Below, piece after piece: positions 1 to 9,960 of a stretch of DNA of 64,000 nucleotides. Every line of letters starts with the position of its first letter. Positions within the stretch are counted from its first letter, which is position 1. A model generated the notes under the pieces. It had not been told where the DNA came from, ran no database searches, and was given only the letters and a program-made list of their open reading frames with translations. The stretch is from Lentisphaeria bacterium (GTDB lineage Bacteria; Verrucomicrobiota; Lentisphaeria; JABSQK01; JAWLHB01). The stretch covers positions 1-64,000 of the forward strand of contig JAWLHB010000021.1 of the NCBI GenBank assembly GCA_041690595.1. The letters run 5' to 3'. The position numbers and the translations under genes were made by a program.

Positions 1-12
1 GCTCATCCTCAT
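1..12 (-). CDS. 5' end (MRMS...) of a gene running off the left edge of the window
   Basis: Minus strand reads ACAGGAGATC-ATG-AGG-ATG-AGC: an AGGAG Shine-Dalgarno before ATGs at 12 and 6; only 4 codons visible. Confidence 0.5.
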
Positions 13-172
13 GATCTCCTGTAGGGGGTTCAAGTCACAGGAGATACTGTGCGCACGAGCAAGCGAATATTCACCATGGGGTATTTTTGACGCTTACGCA
101 TCAGCGTGGGAGTCCCCATCCGGCCGTTGCCCGAACATTTTTCTTCATAAGTCAAAATCCATCGCCATCCCC

Positions 173-359
173 CCCGCGTGAGCTCAATTTCACGGAAACC
201 GGCGTCTCTTTTCGCCCCTTGCCCCAACGGGGCTGCGTCCCATAGCCCAGGGTTGCCCTTGAGGCTACCCTGGGTATACTGCCCGCTCATGCATCAACCC
301 CAAGCGGGGTTGCGTCCACGGCGTCACTCACCTCCCCGTGTGCGCTCAATTCCACGGGA
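173..359. repeat. Imperfect 25-bp direct repeat (173-197 and 335-359) flanking a palindrome cluster
   Basis: cccgcgtgagctcaatttcacggaa vs cccgtgtgcgctcaattccacggga, 21/25 identical; the second copy is itself an inverted repeat (cccgtg...cacggg). Confidence 0.7.
221..317. repeat. REP/BIME-like composite palindromic element
   Basis: gcccc-aac-ggggc (221-233), cccagggttgcc...ggctaccctggg (246-274), caacccc-aagc-ggggttg (295-312); first and last units are similar and both are followed by gcgtcc. Confidence 0.65.
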
Positions 360-540
360 CTTCGTAGTGAGACAGCCAGCACCCTGGTGCTGGCACGGCG
401 CATCCGCGCAGCATCGGCGCCAACGCCATCGTTTGGCGCGGCTTCGCTTACTGTAGACCGGTTCCCCGCTTTCCCGGCAGAGCCGCCGCCGATCGTTGAT
501 GTGCCCGAAGCTGCAAACCTCCGTAGGGCCTGACTCCCTG

Positions 541-2712
541 TCACGCCAAACCGGAGAGCTTGCGCAGGCTCCAGTAGGCGGCCAGCAGCAGCAGCAGAAG
601 AAGCCCCCACCACCACTGACTCCAGAGCATGAAGCGCACCTGCAGCGGCTCGCTCTCCGGCAGCAGGCGCACCTGGTCGACGACATCGCTCGCCCGCTGC
701 GCCGTCGCGAAGGCTCCCCCCGTGATCCGCGCCAGCTCCCGCAGGATCGCATGATTGGCCGGTTGCCCCGTCCGTTCACGCGCATAGGGGGTGATCTCGA
801 TCGTCGTGGCAAGCCGCCGATCGACCTCCGCCGCTTCCACGACAATGTCGTGAACGCCAGCCGCCTGTGCGTCGAAGCGACCCGTGTAGACCCCCCAACC
901 GCCGGGCTCCGGTTGCAGCAGCACCCGCGTCTGCCCACCTTCGCGAGCCGTGATGTCAGCACTCAAGCGCGCATTGCCCAGCGGGAATCCCGCCTGATCG
1001 AGCAGCGACGCGTGCAACATGACCGTCTCTCCCTGCCGCGGCATCTCCGGCGAAAAGACCAGGCGTATGCCCTCTTCCTGCGCCAGATGGCGCGGATGGG
1101 CCATCCAGCGGACCACCTGCCCCCAGAAGCGGTAGTGATAGACATCCTCCACCCCTTTCCGCCAGCGCCAGGCACTGTCCGTCCCCATGAATAGGACATT
1201 ACCCTGCCCATGCGCGCGGGTCACCAGCAGGGGCAGACGGCCCCACCGGTTGCGCATGACACTGTGGACAGCCAGCACCTGCGCGCCCGGACGCGTCCGC
1301 ACCACCGGCGCACACCAGTAGAAGCCCGGCAACTGCGACCAGAGGCGGCGGTTGATCGCGGGCGTCCGCGCCAACATTGTCAGAAGGTGGTCCGCGCCGT
1401 CGTTCGTCAGCTCCAGATTCGCCGCCAGCTCCGTCCCGAACCCCCGCGGATTCTTCTCGTCATAGAGGATCGGCAACAGCGGCCCCAGCGCACTATCCGC
1501 CAGTGTTAACTGGCGCCCCCGGCTGCCCGGCAGAAAGACCAGGCCGCTGCCCAACTGCTGAACCACCCCCGCCAGCAGCTCGGCCTGCCGCAATGTCAAT
1601 TCCCCCTCGCCGATCCCGATGTCGCCAAGAAATATCGTGTCGTAGCTGGCAAGCTGCTCGCGCCCCTCCGGAAAGCTCTGGATGTAATCGGCACCCTCGC
1701 CGGGCGGCAGCAGCGGATGGAGCAGCAGGCACTCCAGCTCGATTCCCGGATCCCGCGAAAGCGCATTCCGCAGGAAGCGATATTCCCACCGCGGCCGCGA
1801 CTCGACGATCAGCACCCGCAGCCGCTCCTGCCGCACCGTGAGGCGAAAAGCATGCTCGTTGTTCAGGGGGTCAATCTCCGATGGGTCGACCGGCAGCGTC
1901 ACCTTCAGCTCCTGCTCCCCCAGCCGCGCGGCGTGCCACAGGATCGCCCCCTGCGAGCTACCCCCCGGCGGAATCACCAGGTTCTTCCGCGTCGCCACGC
2001 GCCCTTCCTCCTGAACCAGCAGCTCCGTGCGCACCTCCCGCGGAAGCCGGTTCTGCACCCGATACGGTATCGAAACGTGCTCCCCAAGCAGGCTGTACGA
2101 CGGCGGCTTCACCTGGTCGAGAACCAGATCCGGAAGGTAATCGCTGCTGCCGATCCCGATCGTGAAGAGCCGAACCCCGTTCACCGCCAGCCGTGTTGCG
2201 GCCCCAGCCGGCGATTCTCCCGCATTCCAGTCCCCATCACTCAGCAGGATGACCGCCTCCAGGTTGTCGTAACGCTCCGGCAACTCCGCCAGCGGCGAGC
2301 TCAGGTCGGTGACCGCCGCATCCTCCGCAAAACGCTCCACGGTCAGTTGGTAGCGTGGCCGCAGAGGCGCGATGACATTGCTTTCCAGCACCTGATCGAT
2401 CCACTCCCCGCGCCCGACCAGCCCCTCCTGTTCGCCGGGCGCAACCTGATCCCTCGTCTCCATGCTGCGGCTCCCATCCGTCAGCACCACCACCCGCGGC
2501 TGGCGTTCGCGCTCATACGTCTGCACCCGCTCCGGGCGCATCAGCGTGACCAGGATGACGATCACGGCAAGCAGCCGCAAGATCTCCAACGCCAGAATGC
2601 GTCCGCGATTGGCGCTCCGATGCAGGTGGCGCCAGCCCAACCAGAGCAGCACCAGCGCCAGCGCCGCCCCCGGCCAGACCCACATGCCTCCCTGGAATTC
2701 CCAATGCGTCAT
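541..2712 (-). CDS. Membrane protein with a vWA domain and a class I glutamine-amidotransferase-like domain
   Basis: N-terminal TM helices, MIDAS-like DGSRSM, LLSDGDWN, RPRWEYRFLRNAL, DSAWRWR, C-terminal TM helix; 4-nt overlap with the upstream BatA gene. Confidence 0.85.
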   Translation of the reverse strand: MTHWEFQGGMWVWPGAALALVLLWLGWRHLHRSANRGRILALEILRLLAVIVILVTLMRPERVQTYERERQPRVVVLTDGSRSMETRDQVAPGEQEGLVGRGEWIDQVLESNVIAPLRPRYQLTVERFAEDAAVTDLSSPLAELPERYDNLEAVILLSDGDWNAGESPAGAATRLAVNGVRLFTIGIGSSDYLPDLVLDQVKPPSYSLLGEHVSIPYRVQNRLPREVRTELLVQEEGRVATRKNLVIPPGGSSQGAILWHAARLGEQELKVTLPVDPSEIDPLNNEHAFRLTVRQERLRVLIVESRPRWEYRFLRNALSRDPGIELECLLLHPLLPPGEGADYIQSFPEGREQLASYDTIFLGDIGIGEGELTLRQAELLAGVVQQLGSGLVFLPGSRGRQLTLADSALGPLLPILYDEKNPRGFGTELAANLELTNDGADHLLTMLARTPAINRRLWSQLPGFYWCAPVVRTRPGAQVLAVHSVMRNRWGRLPLLVTRAHGQGNVLFMGTDSAWRWRKGVEDVYHYRFWGQVVRWMAHPRHLAQEEGIRLVFSPEMPRQGETVMLHASLLDQAGFPLGNARLSADITAREGGQTRVLLQPEPGGWGVYTGRFDAQAAGVHDIVVEAAEVDRRLATTIEITPYARERTGQPANHAILRELARITGGAFATAQRASDVVDQVRLLPESEPLQVRFMLWSQWWWGLLLLLLLAAYWSLRKLSGLA

Positions 2713-4679
2713 GCCCCGCTCCGCCGTTGTGCGGTCCCTGGCAGCGTCAGCATGCTCTCCCCGACCAGCAGCAGCAGCATGACCATCAGAAAGCCCCGCC
2801 AGACCTCGCTCTGCAGCCCCTGGCCCCCCCCACCGCCATCGTCGAAGACCCGCGCCGACAACGTGCCGAAGTACGCCCGTGCCTCCGCCCCATCCAGCGT
2901 GTACCAGCTATCCTCCGCCGCGGGACGATTCACCGCCACCGTCATCTCCCCCGCCCGATAGATCCCGGCGTGCGTGCGTGGATCGCTTCCATCACCGGGC
3001 CTGTCGAGCGCTTGCCAGGGCCCCGCGTAAAGATCCGCTGTCCCCGGACCGGTTGCACCTTGCGCCACCTTCGCCTGGCGCTTGCTCCCTTCCGCCAGTA
3101 GCCGCTGCACCAGCGGCACCAGAACCGGCCCCCGACCGAGCGTCGACCACGCCTCGCTCGGGACCGTCGCGCCGGCAACGATCTGGCCAAGCTCATAAGA
3201 CCTTCGCATGAAAAGCGGGACCTCCTCATCGGCGAAAGCGGCCAGAACCTCCCCTTCCATGCCGATCCGGCAGCGACGCCATACCTCCAGTTCGTCCAGC
3301 GGAAGTGGCTCTCCCGAAGCGGCCGGCCGCAGCGGCCCCACCGCGCGCGCGGGTTGCCGGACCGCATACCCTTCCGCCGCCGTCGCTTCCTCGATATCGC
3401 CCCAGCTCACCAGATTGAGCACCGCACCCGTGTCGCTCTCGCCGGGAAAGGCCAGCATCGCCCCCCCGCTTTCCAGCCACTGCCGGATCATCTCCCCCTC
3501 CACTGCGTTCAGCGACACACCCTGCACGATCAGCAACGACGCACCTTCCAGATCGGCTGACGAAAGATCCGACGACTGCAGCCCCCGCGCCCGACGCAGG
3601 GGATCCTCCTTCAAAGGGGTGGCCGCCAGCTGAAGATGCGCCGCCGCCTGCTCATCCGTCGCCAGAATCAGCGTCTCGCGAACGCTCTCCGCCCCATAGG
3701 CGAACCACGCGCGGTTGTCCCGCTCATTCGTGTCCGCCGGCAGCGAGACGAAGCCCCAGCCGCCGTCACGACTCTCACCCAGCGGCAGCATCTCCTGCAC
3801 CGTAAGCTGCTTGCCGCTCGGCTCCAGCAGCAGCGTCGTATCACTGCCGTTGAGGCTGAGGCGCACCGGGATCTGTCGACCCGCCAGATCCTCACCCTGT
3901 AGCCGAATACCCAGGTTCAGGTAGCGATACCCGTCCTGCCATGAGGTGGTCGCGTCGGTGATCCGGATGGCCGCATTGCCGGGCGACGCCGAATCGAGCG
4001 CCAGCAGGCGAATGCGCGGCGGCTGTGGCAGATTGCCGAACCTGGCACGCAGCATCGACCAGCGCTCATCGCTGCCGCGCCAGTTGCTGAGCTGCAGGTC
4101 GCTCGCGATCCACAACTCCGTAAGGCCAGTCCGATTCTCCTGCATGTACTGCGCGGCAATCTCCAGCATGCCGGGAAGGTCCGCCGCCGTATCGCTCCCC
4201 TGCGTCAGCGGCGCCTCCGACAGTTGTGCCGGCGACGACAGCGCCTGGGCCTGCGAGGAAACATTGTCGATCAACACCCAACGCGCCCCCGGCGTCTGTC
4301 CCGCTGCCCGCACCAGCAGCCGGGACGCCCGTTCCAGACGCGACGGCCCCCCAGCTGTCGCCGAACCCGCCATGCTCGCCGAGCGATCGAGCAGCACAAT
4401 CACCGTCTCCGGCGCTCCCCCGACGCTCGCCCCTATCCACCCCCCCGCCAACGGACGGCTGAGCGCCAGGATCAGGCAGAGGATCGCAAGCACCCGCAGA
4501 CCGAGCAGGAGCCACTGCCGAAGACGCGAATGCCGTGTCGACTGGCGCGTCGCCCGACGCAGAAACGCCATCGCCCCCCAATCGACGCTCCGGTAGCGCA
4601 GACGATTGAGCAGGTGAATGACGATCGGCAGCAGGACCAGCGGCAGGCCCCACAGAATGAATGGTTGCAGGAAAATCAT
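2709..4679 (-). CDS. BatA (aerotolerance regulator N-terminal) and vWA domain protein
   Basis: MIFLQPFILWGLPLVLLPIVIHLLNR...WGAMAFL BatA signature; DRSASM MIDAS; C-terminal TM. Confidence 0.85.
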   Translation of the reverse strand: MIFLQPFILWGLPLVLLPIVIHLLNRLRYRSVDWGAMAFLRRATRQSTRHSRLRQWLLLGLRVLAILCLILALSRPLAGGWIGASVGGAPETVIVLLDRSASMAGSATAGGPSRLERASRLLVRAAGQTPGARWVLIDNVSSQAQALSSPAQLSEAPLTQGSDTAADLPGMLEIAAQYMQENRTGLTELWIASDLQLSNWRGSDERWSMLRARFGNLPQPPRIRLLALDSASPGNAAIRITDATTSWQDGYRYLNLGIRLQGEDLAGRQIPVRLSLNGSDTTLLLEPSGKQLTVQEMLPLGESRDGGWGFVSLPADTNERDNRAWFAYGAESVRETLILATDEQAAAHLQLAATPLKEDPLRRARGLQSSDLSSADLEGASLLIVQGVSLNAVEGEMIRQWLESGGAMLAFPGESDTGAVLNLVSWGDIEEATAAEGYAVRQPARAVGPLRPAASGEPLPLDELEVWRRCRIGMEGEVLAAFADEEVPLFMRRSYELGQIVAGATVPSEAWSTLGRGPVLVPLVQRLLAEGSKRQAKVAQGATGPGTADLYAGPWQALDRPGDGSDPRTHAGIYRAGEMTVAVNRPAAEDSWYTLDGAEARAYFGTLSARVFDDGGGGGQGLQSEVWRGFLMVMLLLLVGESMLTLPGTAQRRSGA

Positions 4680-4776
4680 GAACGACTGGCTGGCGCACCG
4701 CGAAAAGGGTGACGGAGTGTGCGAAAAGTACCCAAGCTATAGTAGCGCCAACTCCGCCGATCGAAAAGGCGCCACG

Positions 4777-6291
4777 TCAGGACTCCTCGTCCCCATCCTC
4801 GTCCTCTTCCTCCGCCGACTTCTTCTTGAGGCGTTTGTGGAGGGCCTGCCGCGAAATGCCGAGATAGCGCGCCGCGAGCGCCTGATTGCCGTCCGCCCGT
4901 TGCAGCGCCGCCTCCACCAGCAGGCCGGTGATCTGGCGAATCGTCGGCAGCGGACCGTCAGTCAGGTTGATGGAGTCGAACGGTGACGGCGCATCCTCCT
5001 CGAACGCCGTCGCATCCCGCGCCAGGATGGCACCCGTGGGCGCAAGCATGTCCAGAAACGATTCCGGCCGGATCGGCTCCACCGTCGAGCGGCTCACCAG
5101 ATCATGGCACAGCCCTTCCAACTCGCGAATGTTCCCCGGAAACTCGTAGCCCCGGAGCATGCGCTCCAGTTCCACGGGTATCGTTGGAGGCTCGATTCCC
5201 AGATTCTCCGCTGCCTGCTCCACAAAGTGGTGAAGCAACAGCGGGATGTCCTCGCTGCGCTGGTGCAGGGGGGGGACCTGCACGTGGTGCGTCTTGAGCC
5301 GATAATAGAGGTCGCTGCGGTAGTCCCCCTTCAGCACCTTCCCATCCAGATCGTGATGCGTCGCGCAGATCACCCGCGCATTCGTGAACTGCCGCACATC
5401 CGAGCCGAGCGCATAGAACTCCCGCTCCTGAAGCAGCCGCAGCAGCTTCACCTGCGACGATGCCGCCAGATCACCGATCTCATCCAGGAAAAGCGTCCCA
5501 TCTTCCGCGTCTCGCACCAGCCCCCGCCGCTCCTTCACCGCACCCGTGAACGCCCCCCGCTCATGCCCGAAAAGTGTATCCGCAAAAAGCGTGTCATCCA
5601 GCCCACCCACATTCACGACGACAAACTTGCCTTTCCGCGCGCTGGCATCGTGAATCGCCCGCGCCACCAGCTCCTTGCCCACCCCCGTGTCCCCGGTCAC
5701 CAGGACCGGCCGCGAGCTTGGCGCAATCGCTTCGATATAATGGAAGATCGCGTACATCTTCTGGCTGCGCGTGATCATTCGCCGGAACACCTCCGGATGC
5801 TCCAGCTTGCGCGAGAAGAAGCGCTCGCGAAGGTTCGAAACCTCCTCCAGCGCTTCGCTGATCTCCCGATCCTGGTTGCGCAGCTTGAGGTGGACCCGAA
5901 TCCGCGCCAGAAGCTCGTTTTCCCGTATCGGCTTGGGAACGTAGTCCGTCGCCCCCGCATCGAATATCCGGTCCAGCGCCTTACGATCATCCAGTATCGA
6001 CACACAGATGACCGGCAGATCTTCCAGCCTCGGATTGCTCCGGATCCAGCTCAGCGTTTTGAAGCCGCTCACCTGCGGCATCATGATGTCCAGAAGCACC
6101 AGGCTGGGCGTTTCCCGCTTGAGAAACTCGATCGCCTGCGAACCGTCGTTACACACATCCACCCGATACCCCTGCTTCCGCAGAAGGGCACTCATCAGCA
6201 TGACGGTGAACTGATCGTCTTCCACGATCAGAACACGGTCGCCCGTCGCTTCCGAATTCAGTGGGGGCAGAGAGGTCATGGAGTCAGGCAT
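4777..6291 (-). CDS. Sigma54-dependent response regulator, NtrC family (REC-AAA+-Fis HTH)
   Basis: REC (VEDD, LLDIMMP, KP), Walker A GDTGVGKE, GAFTGA, LFLDEIG, FPGNIREL, C-terminal HTH; start at 6291 or 6279 (track ORF extends to 6384). Confidence 0.93.
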   Translation of the reverse strand: MPDSMTSLPPLNSEATGDRVLIVEDDQFTVMLMSALLRKQGYRVDVCNDGSQAIEFLKRETPSLVLLDIMMPQVSGFKTLSWIRSNPRLEDLPVICVSILDDRKALDRIFDAGATDYVPKPIRENELLARIRVHLKLRNQDREISEALEEVSNLRERFFSRKLEHPEVFRRMITRSQKMYAIFHYIEAIAPSSRPVLVTGDTGVGKELVARAIHDASARKGKFVVVNVGGLDDTLFADTLFGHERGAFTGAVKERRGLVRDAEDGTLFLDEIGDLAASSQVKLLRLLQEREFYALGSDVRQFTNARVICATHHDLDGKVLKGDYRSDLYYRLKTHHVQVPPLHQRSEDIPLLLHHFVEQAAENLGIEPPTIPVELERMLRGYEFPGNIRELEGLCHDLVSRSTVEPIRPESFLDMLAPTGAILARDATAFEEDAPSPFDSINLTDGPLPTIRQITGLLVEAALQRADGNQALAARYLGISRQALHKRLKKKSAEEEDEDGDEES

Positions 6292-6451
6292 GCAAAAGGC
6301 GCTTTTGGTAAGGTAATCGCAAGGTTCCATCTCTAACCTACAGCCACACACCCGCCGATCAAGCATCTCTTGAAGAATGCTCACCTTTGTACCCCAATGC
6401 CCTCACCTCCGCCACCGGTTCAGCTCCGGCCGTTGCTCCCGACGGCCGGTC

Positions 6452-7519
6452 TCAACTCTGCAGCTGGCGGACTTGCCCGTGGCTGCCGCGTTCAATACCC
6501 TGCCGAATGCGTAAGGCCTCGCCGGCGGCATGACCGGCCGCGTGCGCATCGGGATCGATGCGGCTCCCCCGCTTCAGCAGCCGCACATTGGGATTGCGCT
6601 GCCGGAAGAAGGCCTTGAGATCGGGATCGCCTATCCACACCAGCGCTTTCTCGCTGGCAAGACGGCTCCTTTCCCCGCTCAGACGCGAATGAACCCCTGC
6701 ATAAAGCCCCCGCAGAAAAGAGAGTCGCTGCTGGTTGCCCTTCAGTCGCATGCTGCGCTTGTGCTGCTCCCATTGGCAATCCGCTTGCTGCAGCAGAAAA
6801 TAGTAGACATACTCCGCCATGTCGAGGTTGGCGGGCGTTCCGTACAGCTCGATCGCCCGGCGCGATCGGCCATCGTCACCCGTGTAAGGACGCGAAATGA
6901 AGTCCACGAAATAGAAGTCCGACAAGATGTTCGTGATGCTCCAGATGTAGATCGGCGTTCGCAGGTGCAGGGGCGCCACAAAGCGAAACGCATACGTGCC
7001 CGGCTTGCCACCGTCCATCTGATCCACGTTGTACTTGAGCATCAGCTCATGGGCCTTCGACAGCGCCGCTTCCGCCTCGTGACGATTGGGTGATTCGCTC
7101 AACGCCAGCAGTTTGTGGATGCGGCTGATCACCGGATGCGTGCCGTGGGGCGACCACGGAAGCTGTTGCTTGGCAATCGGATCGCACTCGATGAGCCGGC
7201 AGGCCTCCCGAAACGCTGGCCCGTGCGGAGGCTCACCAGCACCCCAGCCCAGATCGCTGACCATCTTGTGAGCCAACTCGTGCTTGAGGATCGCGACCAC
7301 CTGCTCCCAGACACACGTCTCGAAAAGACAGGCAGCAAGCGTGATGCGCCGCGACACAGGATCCCACGTGCCCAGCGTCGTCGAAAGCTCCGCGTCTATG
7401 CCGAAATGCGGCGGACGATAACGGGCAAGCGGCGGATATCGGTAGCGAAGCTTCTGGAATTCTTGCTGCAGGGCAAGCAGCCACGTATGATAGAGATCAT
7501 CCCGATAGGTGTGGTTCAT
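6452..7519 (-). CDS. SprT-like zincin domain plus DUF2786 domain protein
   Basis: HELAH zincin motif, HGPAFREAC; RIHKLLALSESPNRHEAEAALSKAHELMLKY matches DUF2786. Confidence 0.8.
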   Translation of the reverse strand: MNHTYRDDLYHTWLLALQQEFQKLRYRYPPLARYRPPHFGIDAELSTTLGTWDPVSRRITLAACLFETCVWEQVVAILKHELAHKMVSDLGWGAGEPPHGPAFREACRLIECDPIAKQQLPWSPHGTHPVISRIHKLLALSESPNRHEAEAALSKAHELMLKYNVDQMDGGKPGTYAFRFVAPLHLRTPIYIWSITNILSDFYFVDFISRPYTGDDGRSRRAIELYGTPANLDMAEYVYYFLLQQADCQWEQHKRSMRLKGNQQRLSFLRGLYAGVHSRLSGERSRLASEKALVWIGDPDLKAFFRQRNPNVRLLKRGSRIDPDAHAAGHAAGEALRIRQGIERGSHGQVRQLQS

Positions 7520-7670
7520 GAAGGCATGGCAAGTTGATTATGGATGGATCGGCGCGGCGGGCCAGTATCTATAATTCAAGCCCCCCTTGCATGCAAGCAG
7601 CCTACCCGATTATAGTACCCCCCAATTTCAGCGACATGCATCACCAGATTGATTACCAGAAGGGACCATC

Positions 7671-8216
7671 ATGGATATTGAAGCGCACTACCGCGAGATC
7701 ATCGGTCAAGTTGGAGAAGATGTCAACCGCGAAGGCCTCCTCGAGACCCCCGCCCGCGCAGCGCGAGCCATGCAGTTCCTTACCAAGGGCTACCATGAAA
7801 AGCTCGAGGACGTCGTCGGCAATGCCATCTTCACCACCGATACGGACGAGATGGTGATCGTCAAGAATATCGAACTCTACTCCCTGTGCGAGCATCACCT
7901 CCTCCCCTTTATCGGCAAAGTACATGTCGGTTACCTGCCCGATGGCAAGGTCATCGGCCTCTCCAAGATCGCACGTATCGTCGAAGTCTTCGCACGTCGT
8001 CTGCAGATACAGGAAGTCCTGACCAAGCAGATCGCCGAAGCCATCATGTCCATGACCGCCGCGCAAGGATGCGGCGTCGTTGTCGAAGCCCAGCACCTCT
8101 GCATGATGATGCGTGGCGTCGAAAAGCAGAACTCCCAGATGACCACATCCTGCATGCTCGGCCGCTTCCGACGCGATGAACGCACCCGCGCCGAGTTCCT
8201 TCACCTCATCAAGTGA
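7671..8216 (+). CDS. folE: GTP cyclohydrolase I
   Basis: [49 protein letters not shown] gaaggga. Confidence 0.97.
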   Translation: MDIEAHYREIIGQVGEDVNREGLLETPARAARAMQFLTKGYHEKLEDVVGNAIFTTDTDEMVIVKNIELYSLCEHHLLPFIGKVHVGYLPDGKVIGLSKIARIVEVFARRLQIQEVLTKQIAEAIMSMTAAQGCGVVVEAQHLCMMMRGVEKQNSQMTTSCMLGRFRRDERTRAEFLHLIK

Positions 8217-8230
8217 CGGCGCCAGGTATC

Positions 8231-8611
8231 ATGTCCGACACGCCCATCATCGGCACCATTCATGTCACGGATCTGCAACTGTCCGCCATCATCGGGACCT
8301 ATCCCCATGAGCGCCTCGCCCCCCAGCCGCTCTTCCTCTCGCTCGAACTCAAGATAGACGCGGCAGGCGCCTGTCGGTCCGATGAGCTCGACGGTACCCT
8401 CGACTATGAGGCGCTGTGCAGCCAGATGCGCCGGCACGCGGCAGCCTCGCGGTGGCTGCTGATCGAACGGCTGGCGGCCGACCTGATGCAGGTGATCATG
8501 AGCAACCCGCGACTCCTCGCGTGCCGCCTCCGCTTGACGAAACCGGGCGCGATACCCCAAGCCGCGGCAATCGCCTTCGAACTGGCTGAAGAGCGACCTC
8601 AGGAAGAGTGA
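8231..8611 (+). CDS. folB: Dihydroneopterin aldolase
   Basis: IIGTYPHERLAPQPL, DELDGTLDY, LIERLA, LTKPGA; directly follows folE. Confidence 0.85.
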   Translation: MSDTPIIGTIHVTDLQLSAIIGTYPHERLAPQPLFLSLELKIDAAGACRSDELDGTLDYEALCSQMRRHAAASRWLLIERLAADLMQVIMSNPRLLACRLRLTKPGAIPQAAAIAFELAEERPQEE

Positions 8612-9543
8612 TCCCGCACCCACCACCGCGCCAGAAAACCGTCCGCATAGATCTGGCCGAGATGAAAGACGATCGCCGGCACGATGGCAAGCGGATACTC
8701 CGCCTTGAATGCCATCGTCCAGACCGCCACCGCCACCGGAATCGTCTTCTGCGAACAGACGATGCTCAGCGAACGTGCATGTGGAATCTCCGCCTTCAGC
8801 GGCCAGCGGCTGACGCCATAGGCGATGATCAACAGCACAAAATGCACACTCAACGCAGCGACCAGCAGCACCAGCGCGTTGCGCCAGCCAATCCCGCTCA
8901 GATGGTCAACCTGCTCGCTGATCGAGATATAGACCAGCAGCCCAAGAAAGTAGACCGGAAGCTGCGTGATCGCGCTCGCATGCCGTTGGCGCAAAGCCGG
9001 CCGCCAGGCCGAGAACACATGCCCGATCACCGCGGGTACAAGGATCAGAAGAAGCAGCTTGCGCAAAAGCTCCCACTGATCGATCGCCACACTGCCGCCC
9101 AACGTCCACCGAAGATTGAGCGGAATCAGCAGCACCGCCAGCAGATTGAGGACGATGGTCAGTATCATCGCGCTGGTGCGGTTGCCGCCGCCCTGCGCTG
9201 CAATCACCACCCCCGATACCAGCGTCGGCGCCATGCAAGACATCATGATCAGCCCCACCCGGCTGTCGCCATCCAACTGAAACACCAGCGCCCCGGCGCT
9301 ACCCGCCAATGGACCAAGCCCGTGTGCGACAATCGCTCCCCACAGCACCAAAGGCAGGTACATGCCGATTTGCCGCAGGTCCCGGCTCTCCACCGCGAAG
9401 CCCTGAAAAAAGAAAATCAGCATGATCAGCGGCGACGACACCGTCATCGTCTTCAGCCAGAGTCCTCCCTGGGGCCACTGCCACGCAAGAAGCAACGCCA
9501 AGGTAATGGCCAATACCAGCAGATTCTTTCTCACAAACTTCAC
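8599..9543 (-). CDS. Bile acid:sodium symporter (SBF-like) family transporter
   Basis: About 9-10 TM helices, MAPTLVSGVV..QGGGN, CSQKTIPVAV, FHLGQI. Confidence 0.85.
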   Translation of the reverse strand: MKFVRKNLLVLAITLALLLAWQWPQGGLWLKTMTVSSPLIMLIFFFQGFAVESRDLRQIGMYLPLVLWGAIVAHGLGPLAGSAGALVFQLDGDSRVGLIMMSCMAPTLVSGVVIAAQGGGNRTSAMILTIVLNLLAVLLIPLNLRWTLGGSVAIDQWELLRKLLLLILVPAVIGHVFSAWRPALRQRHASAITQLPVYFLGLLVYISISEQVDHLSGIGWRNALVLLVAALSVHFVLLIIAYGVSRWPLKAEIPHARSLSIVCSQKTIPVAVAVWTMAFKAEYPLAIVPAIVFHLGQIYADGFLARWWVRDHSS

Positions 9544-9891
9544 GTTCCAGCCCCGCTTTCTTCGTCATCCAGTCCGTTGAATTCTGCATCAGCACTCGCC
9601 CGCCTCCCAACGAAACACAAGCTTACACCCCAAATTTCGCTGTGCCAGCGGCTTAGTGCACTTTATCCAATCACGGGCGGGAATGCGCTCGGAGCGAGCC
9701 ATCTCCATCGGCCCTTTTTCAAGCCGTTTCGAATTGTATGTCACTGACTCTTCGTTATCTTATGTAATACTGGGCTACCATGCGGCCATCCTGTCTGCAC
9801 TCTCTTTTACAATTCTGCATGGTACCATACCTTACTTTACCTTGAAGACCCTGCGTAAAAGCTCTTTTTTTGAGACTTTTCGCGCGCTTCA

Positions 9892-9919
9892 TTGAAACAT
9901 GCAAAGAGATGAGTACAAT
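9892..9919 (+). promoter_or_regulatory. Putative sigma70 promoter of the HU/IHF gene
   Basis: TTGAAA-N16-TACAAT in an AT-rich intergenic region. Confidence 0.45.
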
Positions 9920-9960
9920 TATACACCACCTGCATCTCAATCAATCAAAGGATTACCATA

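Noticed and set aside
90..170. Fluoride-riboswitch-like words (GGCGATGG, GCTGATG) on the minus strand
   Set aside because: P1 complement, AAC linker and pseudoknot pairing are missing
30..290. 86-aa minus-strand ORF
   Set aside because: It runs through the REP-like palindromes and a probable leader region, with no recognisable domain
173..359. CRISPR array or integron attC interpretation of the repeats
   Set aside because: Only two imperfect copies about 160 bp apart, no spacer series, no cas or integrase gene, no clear attC core sites
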